5,831 nucleotides of DNA from Nanopusillaceae archaeon (GTDB taxonomy: Archaea > Nanobdellota > Nanobdellia > Nanobdellales > Nanobdellaceae). Below are positions 1 to 3,695 of the stretch, piece by piece. Each line of letters opens with the position of its first letter. Position 1 is the stretch's first letter. The translations under genes were made by a program, and so were the position numbers. A model generated the notes under the pieces. That model worked only from the letters and a program-made list of their open reading frames with translations. It ran no database searches and had not been told where the DNA came from. Location: the NCBI GenBank assembly GCA_049973735.1, contig JBMFJL010000037.1, forward strand, positions 1-5,831, given 5' to 3'.

Positions 1-369
1 ATAGTAACAAAAAATACACCAGATATATTAGGAATGATTAAAAAGGTTGAACAATGGGTTGCATGGGGAGAAATAAATAAAGAAACATTCAAACAATTAT
101 TATTAAAAAGAGGAAGATTGGAGGGAAATAAGAGATTAACAGAAGAGTATATAAAAAATAATTTGAATATGAGTGTTGACGAGTTTGTAAATAAATTCTT
201 TAATTTTGAGTTAGAATTAGATTCTATTCCAAAAATAAAACCATATTTTAGATTAAAACCACCATCTGGAGGATATCCAAGAAAGGGTATAAAGGTACCA
301 TATAGTCAAGGCGGGGCATATGGATACTATGGCAAAGACATAAATATATTATTAAGAAATATGATATAA
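1..369 (+). CDS. rpl30p: 50S ribosomal protein uL30 (archaeal L30P), 5' end cut by the window edge
   Basis: Frame 1 is open from nt 1 (IVTKNTPDILG precedes the first Met at 34), so the gene starts left of the window. WGEINKETFKQLLLKRGRLEGNKRLTEEYI...FRLKPPSGGY...GGAYGYYGKDINILLRNM is collinear with archaeal L30P as I remember it (Methanocaldococcus: [30 protein letters not shown]...FRLHPPRGGF...GGALGYRGEKINELIKRM). Stop TAA at 367-369. Confidence 0.9.
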   Translation: MVTKNTPDILGMIKKVEQWVAWGEINKETFKQLLLKRGRLEGNKRLTEEYIKNNLNMSVDEFVNKFFNFELELDSIPKIKPYFRLKPPSGGYPRKGIKVPYSQGGAYGYYGKDINILLRNMI

Positions 370-370
370 T

Positions 371-928
371 ATGGCCAAGAGGCCTTGGAGAATATTTAGG
401 GAAATAGAGAGACCATATACAAGATTTTCATATAGTAAAAACGAAAACAAAATACCAGGTGCCCCTGTATCTAAACTTAGGATGAACATTATGGGAATGA
501 AGAACATACCAAAGGAAAATTGGAAATATGTGGGACATCTAATTTCCCTATATAATGTTCAAGTTTCCGATTATTCATTAGAAGCTGTAAGAACAAATTT
601 GTTGAAATATTTGGAAAAGGATGTAAAAGAATTTCTATTTATTATAAGAAAATATCCTCATCATGTTGTTAGAGAACATGCTTTGGTATATGGTGCTGGT
701 GCTGATAGAATTTCTCAGGGGATGAGACTCGCCTTCGGAAAACCATACACTAGAGCAGCTCAAGTATATTATAAAGATATAGTTTTATCTATATACTTTA
801 ACAAACCAGAATTTATTAAAAACATAGAATTTTATTTGGAAGTTGCTAGGAAAAAGATTGCCGGAAAATATAGGAAATATATAGGAGAAAACATCCCAGA
901 AGAGGAGATATTAAAGAATATTCAATAA
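371..928 (+). CDS. rpl10e: 50S ribosomal protein uL16 (archaeal/eukaryotic L10e)
   Basis: N-terminus MAKRPWRIFREIERPYTR and core YPHHVVREHALVYGAGADRISQGMRLAFGKPYTRAAQV match the L10e pattern (RPARCYR..RPYTR; ...ADR...GMR..FGKP). The length of 185 aa is typical. The ATG starts 1 nt after the uL30 stop. Confidence 0.9.
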   Translation: MAKRPWRIFREIERPYTRFSYSKNENKIPGAPVSKLRMNIMGMKNIPKENWKYVGHLISLYNVQVSDYSLEAVRTNLLKYLEKDVKEFLFIIRKYPHHVVREHALVYGAGADRISQGMRLAFGKPYTRAAQVYYKDIVLSIYFNKPEFIKNIEFYLEVARKKIAGKYRKYIGENIPEEEILKNIQ

Positions 929-943
929 TAACACAGAATTTTT

Positions 944-1630
944 ATGATATTCTACAATATAAAGGGTGTAGTATTAGATTTAGACGGAACATTAGTAAGC
1001 AGTATTAAGATATATGATGAAGCTCATAGAGAATTCATAAAAAGGAAATTTAATATAGATATAGGAGATGGAGTAAAATTAGATAATTCTGGAGCGCCAA
1101 TGGAAGAATTAGTAAGATCCTTGATAGAAAAATACAAATTAAATGTAGATGTAAGAGAATTACTCAAAGAATATGAGGAATTTTTCATAAATAGCGGTTA
1201 TATAAATAAAATAAAGTTTACTACAGGGGCAAAGGAGATATTAAATTATTTCAAAGATAAAAAATATAAATTGGGTTTGGTAACTTCAAATACAAGAAGA
1301 GTAACAACAGAAATATTAAAGAAATTAGGTATATTTGGATTATTTGAGGCAGTAGTTACAAGAGAAGATATAAAAAATCCAAAGCCAGATCCAGATCCAT
1401 ATCTTATGGTATTGAAATTAATCAATTTATCTCCCTTAGAGGTAATAGCTATTGAAGATTCTGTATATGGCATAATATCTGCCAAGAGGGCTGGATTAAA
1501 TGCAATTGGAGTAGCAAGCGGTGTAAATAAAAAAAGAGAATTGATGAATGCGGGGGCTTCGATGGTATTCAAAAATCTAAAAGAATTATATGATTATCTT
1601 ATAAAACAGGATAAAAATAATAATCAATAA
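944..1630 (+). CDS. HAD-superfamily hydrolase, subfamily IA (beta-phosphoglucomutase / phosphoglycolate-phosphatase-like); substrate unknown
   Basis: HAD motifs are in the correct order: motif I VVLDLDGTLV, motif II GLVTSN, the motif III Lys region KNPKPDPDPY, and motif IV IAIEDSVYGI. A helical cap region lies between motifs I and II, as in subfamily IA. Confidence 0.85.
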   Translation: MIFYNIKGVVLDLDGTLVSSIKIYDEAHREFIKRKFNIDIGDGVKLDNSGAPMEELVRSLIEKYKLNVDVRELLKEYEEFFINSGYINKIKFTTGAKEILNYFKDKKYKLGLVTSNTRRVTTEILKKLGIFGLFEAVVTREDIKNPKPDPDPYLMVLKLINLSPLEVIAIEDSVYGIISAKRAGLNAIGVASGVNKKRELMNAGASMVFKNLKELYDYLIKQDKNNNQ

Positions 1631-1810
1631 AACTAAAATTATAATAGAAATTATTAGAAGACCCATAGAATTTGATACAACTATTGGTATAGGTCCTATT
1701 AGCACAATTGCAGAGTACTTAACATTGCTGGATTGGGAAAAATAGGTTAAAATAAAAATTAGACCAATTATTATAAGTAAAATACCTAAAATAAGATATA
1801 GATTATTCAT
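1586..1810 (-). CDS. small two-TM membrane protein (from memory resembles archaeal DUF131/TIGR00304 family)
   Basis: The 74-aa ORF has two long hydrophobic segments (LYLILGILLIIIGLIFILTYF and GLLIISIIILVLLIIIFILFY). They flank a VLIGPIPIVVS loop that I recall as characteristic of DUF131. Its ATG overlaps the upstream gene's stop (ATGA at 1807-1810), indicating translational coupling. Family assignment was not verified by HMM. Confidence 0.6.
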   Translation of the reverse strand: MNNLYLILGILLIIIGLIFILTYFSQSSNVKYSAIVLIGPIPIVVSNSMGLLIISIIILVLLIIIFILFYKIII

Positions 1811-2076
1811 ATTAGTTTTAGTTTATAGAATTTTGAGTGTCCAAAATGTATTATCAGATCAAATCCATATTTATCCAAATATACTGGAATATCGCATCCA
1901 CCAAAATTTGATCCGAGCCATATGAATATCTGAATATCTTTATATCTACTTTTTATTTTATCGTAAATTTCCTTTGCGTATGGTTTTAATCCATCCGGCA
2001 ACTGTATAAGTATTTTTTTATATTTACCACTATCTAAAACTTCATATATCTTATCTAATTCAAAATCTATTTCCAT
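1807..2076 (-). CDS. dph2: Dph2 (2-(3-amino-3-carboxypropyl)histidine synthase, diphthamide biosynthesis), N-terminal fragment only; split gene or decayed remnant
   Basis: KKILIQLPDGLKPYAKEIYDKIKS..IQIFIWLGSNFGGCDIPVYLDKYGFDLIIHFGHS is collinear with the first ~85 residues of Pyrococcus horikoshii Dph2 (KRVLIQSPEGLRREAEELAGFLEE..IEVFLHGEINYGACDPADREAKLVGCDALIHLGHS). The ORF stops 9 codons after the GHS motif, whereas archaeal Dph2 is ~330-340 aa. Confidence 0.75.
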   Translation of the reverse strand: MEIDFELDKIYEVLDSGKYKKILIQLPDGLKPYAKEIYDKIKSRYKDIQIFIWLGSNFGGCDIPVYLDKYGFDLIIHFGHSKFYKLKLI

Positions 2077-2834
2077 TTAAATAACTCTAAGAATTTATTA
2101 AATAAGCCTTTTCTTTCTTCAAAATATCTATATTCTCTACCAGTTATTTTTTCAGCTATTCTGAATACATCTATTGCTGCTATAGAACTTTTTTTATAAT
2201 CAATTAGCGGAATTCCATAATCTAGAGATATTTTCACATTTTCATCATAATGTACTATTCCCAATATTTCTTTCCTGAAAAATCTTTCCAATACAACAAA
2301 ATTTATCTTTTCTTTTTTTACTTTATTTATAACAATTCCAAGGATATTTATATCTAACTTTTCTAATGTTCTTACTAGTCTATATGCATCTAATAATGCC
2401 GATTTTTCATAGTTAGTAATAACTATAACTTCTTCAGAATTCTTTACAGACTCTAAAGCTTCTCTTCCAATTCCAGCAGCAGAGTCGAGTATTATATAAT
2501 CAAAATCATCATATAATTTAACTATACCAGACTTTAGCTTTTCTAAAGATATATTTATGAGATTATTAATATTTAAGCTTCCAGGTATGACGAACAGATT
2601 ATCTTTATAATTAATTATTGCATCTTTTATCTCTATTTCTCCTCTAAGATATCTATGTATATTTTTTTCTTCATTAACAAGATTTAGATTTATAGAGACG
2701 TTTGGAGTTGTAAGATTTAGATCTATCAATAAAGTTTTATATCCAAATATTGATAAAGCCCTGGATAGATTGATAGAAAAAAATGTTTTACCAACGCCAC
2801 CCTTTCCAGATGCTATAGCAAAAATTCTTGCCAT
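2067..2834 (-). CDS. minD: MinD/ParA-family P-loop ATPase (archaeal MinD-like) with a C-terminal amphipathic helix
   Basis: Deviant Walker A SGKGGVGKT (GKGGVGKT spans 2784-2807, checked by reverse-complementing). Walker B is YIILDSAAG. The 255-aa length is typical of MinD/ParA/Mrp. The C-terminal GLFNKFLELFKWK (2070-2108) alternates bulky hydrophobic residues with Lys, like a MinD membrane-targeting helix. The stop overlaps the dph2-fragment start by 10 nt. Confidence 0.85.
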   Translation of the reverse strand: MARIFAIASGKGGVGKTFFSINLSRALSIFGYKTLLIDLNLTTPNVSINLNLVNEEKNIHRYLRGEIEIKDAIINYKDNLFVIPGSLNINNLINISLEKLKSGIVKLYDDFDYIILDSAAGIGREALESVKNSEEVIVITNYEKSALLDAYRLVRTLEKLDINILGIVINKVKKEKINFVVLERFFRKEILGIVHYDENVKISLDYGIPLIDYKKSSIAAIDVFRIAEKITGREYRYFEERKGLFNKFLELFKWK

Positions 2835-2836
2835 TA

Positions 2837-3280
2837 CTAATTTTTCTCAATGTATTCAGAAAAATTTTTTATGCTCTCAAATATTTCTTTAATATCCTTT
2901 ATAGTTAATATTATTTCTCTATCAATTCCTTTACACTTTATTATCATAGACCTTCTAAACTCATTTTGTATCATAATTTCGCTATTTAAACAAACTCTTA
3001 AAGTTTTGTAATATTTAAAATAATCTTTTAGTTTATCATCTATTATACTAAGGAAAAGTTCGTATCTTTTTATCGGTGTATTCGGTATTTCATTTATATT
3101 ACCCTTTTCTTTTTCTTTTTCTAAATAATAATATATGACATAATCATAATAGTCTAAAACAGCCTTTATGAAATTCTTTATTGTTTCTAAACCCTTATTG
3201 TTTTTTAGTGAAACATTATATATATGTAATACTTCCTTTAATCTTCTCTTATACTCTAAATCTTCTACAATAGACCACAT
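2837..3280 (-). CDS. hypothetical protein, predicted all-helical, no family recognised
   Basis: The 147-aa ORF ends 2 nt before the MinD-like start codon, so it is in the same transcription unit. Composition and periodicity look like real coding sequence (heptad-like K/E/I/L/Y runs). A HEPN-like helical layout is only a vague impression, and no R-x4-6-H motif is present. Confidence 0.7.
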   Translation of the reverse strand: MWSIVEDLEYKRRLKEVLHIYNVSLKNNKGLETIKNFIKAVLDYYDYVIYYYLEKEKEKGNINEIPNTPIKRYELFLSIIDDKLKDYFKYYKTLRVCLNSEIMIQNEFRRSMIIKCKGIDREIILTIKDIKEIFESIKNFSEYIEKN

Positions 3281-3423
3281 GATATTAATAAATTTAAAGA
3301 ATATATGGTTAAAGCTGTAGCAATAGTCAGAATTATCAACTTATTTCTATCTAACAATATTTTTGATCTTCCCTTCCCAAATCTATACAAACCAGCATAG
3401 AAGAATGTAGGTTGATCCGGCAT
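3265..3423 (-). CDS. candidate small membrane protein (52 aa), below the cutoff of the supplied ORF track
   Basis: Hand translation of the - strand from ATG 3423-3421 gives MPDQPTFFYAGLYRFGKGRSKILLDRNKLIILTIATALTIYSLNLLISCGLL, with stop TAG at 3267-3265. It has a basic N-terminal part and one TM-like segment. An in-frame stop sits 2 codons upstream of the ATG. The 3' end overlaps the 147-aa gene start by 16 nt, like the other junctions of this block. No homology was recognised. Confidence 0.35.
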   Translation of the reverse strand: MPDQPTFFYAGLYRFGKGRSKILLDRNKLIILTIATALTIYSLNLLISCGLL

Positions 3424-3426
3424 AGA

Positions 3427-3438
3427 TTATATATTTTG
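3427..3438 (+). promoter_or_regulatory. candidate TATA box for the RNase P-like RNA gene
   Basis: TTATATATTTTG is centred about 27-30 nt upstream of the first G of the terminal helix (3461), which is the usual archaeal TATA-to-TSS distance. This is weak evidence because the spacer is A+T-rich throughout. Confidence 0.35.
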
Positions 3439-3460
3439 CTCGAAATAATTATTAATATAC

Positions 3461-3695
3461 GGGCGGCTGTCGGAAGGTCCACTTACCGATACGGCACCGG
3501 GGAAACCCGGAGGGAGAAATCCCTGGCAACATAAAGAGAAATCCAGGGCATATTACCGATGAAGATGAAGGGTTAAGGCCTGGAAGCAATTCCGGGCCAA
3601 CCTGGAGAGGTAATATGTACCTTGAGAAGTATGTCCTGCCGGTACAAGGTCCTCCGCTAAGAAATATATATACAAAAAGTGGCCTACAGCCGCCC
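3461..3695 (+). ncRNA. rnpB: RNase P RNA, unusually compact (about 235 nt, no P3 hairpin, reduced specificity domain)
   Basis: This is a G+C-rich island. There is a 10-bp terminal helix (GGGCGGCUGU / ACAGCCGCCC). CGGAAGGUCCAC at 3471-3482 resembles CR-I (GAGGAAAGUCC). ACAAAAAGUGGCCUA at 3672-3686 matches CR-V (E. coli ACAGAACCCGGCUUA) with the same length and spacing. AGG(U)CCAC pairs with GUGGCCU to form P4, leaving U3478 bulged. AGAAAUAU at 3660-3667 fits CR-IV (AGnnnnAU). Three GNRA-capped hairpins and G-U pairs fix the strand as +. Confidence 0.75.

Noticed and set aside
1246-1572. 108-aa ORF on the - strand
   Set aside because: It is fully antisense to the well-supported HAD hydrolase CDS. 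It has no recognisable motifs and is a low-complexity shadow ORF.
3304-3399. 31-aa + strand ORF (MVKAVAIVRIINLFLSNNIFDLPFPNLYKPA)
   Set aside because: It is very short, overlaps the longer and better-contextualised - strand 52-aa ORF, and has no coupling to any + strand gene.
3410-3421. GGTTGATCCGGC, reminiscent of the archaeal 16S rRNA 5' end (GGTTGATCCTGCCGG)
   Set aside because: The match is only about 9-12 nt. The flanks are A+T-rich with no further 16S similarity, and it falls inside the candidate small ORF. It is most likely chance.
3281-3460. Search for tRNA, split tRNA halves or C/D-box sRNAs in the spacers (also 5379-5447 and 929-943)
   Set aside because: No G+C-rich acceptor or T-arm-like segments were found. 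No RUGAUGA...CUGA box pairs were found on either strand. The only G+C-rich segments are the two RNA genes already called.
3461-3695. SRP (7S) RNA as an alternative identity for the structured RNA
   Set aside because: It has a rod-like nested pairing and GNRA/GNAR loops. However, no helix-8 signature (GGAA loop followed by GGAGCA/AGCA symmetric loop) could be placed, and no Alu-domain motifs either. By contrast, CR-I, CR-V and the bulged-U P4 fit RNase P precisely. The SRP model is retained only as a control for a covariance-model search.
3461-3695. - strand orientation for the structured RNA
   Set aside because: On the - strand the three tetraloops become UUUC/UUUC/UUGC, the U-G pair in the 3577-3585/3590-3598 stem becomes a C-A mismatch, and the CR-I/CR-V motifs disappear.
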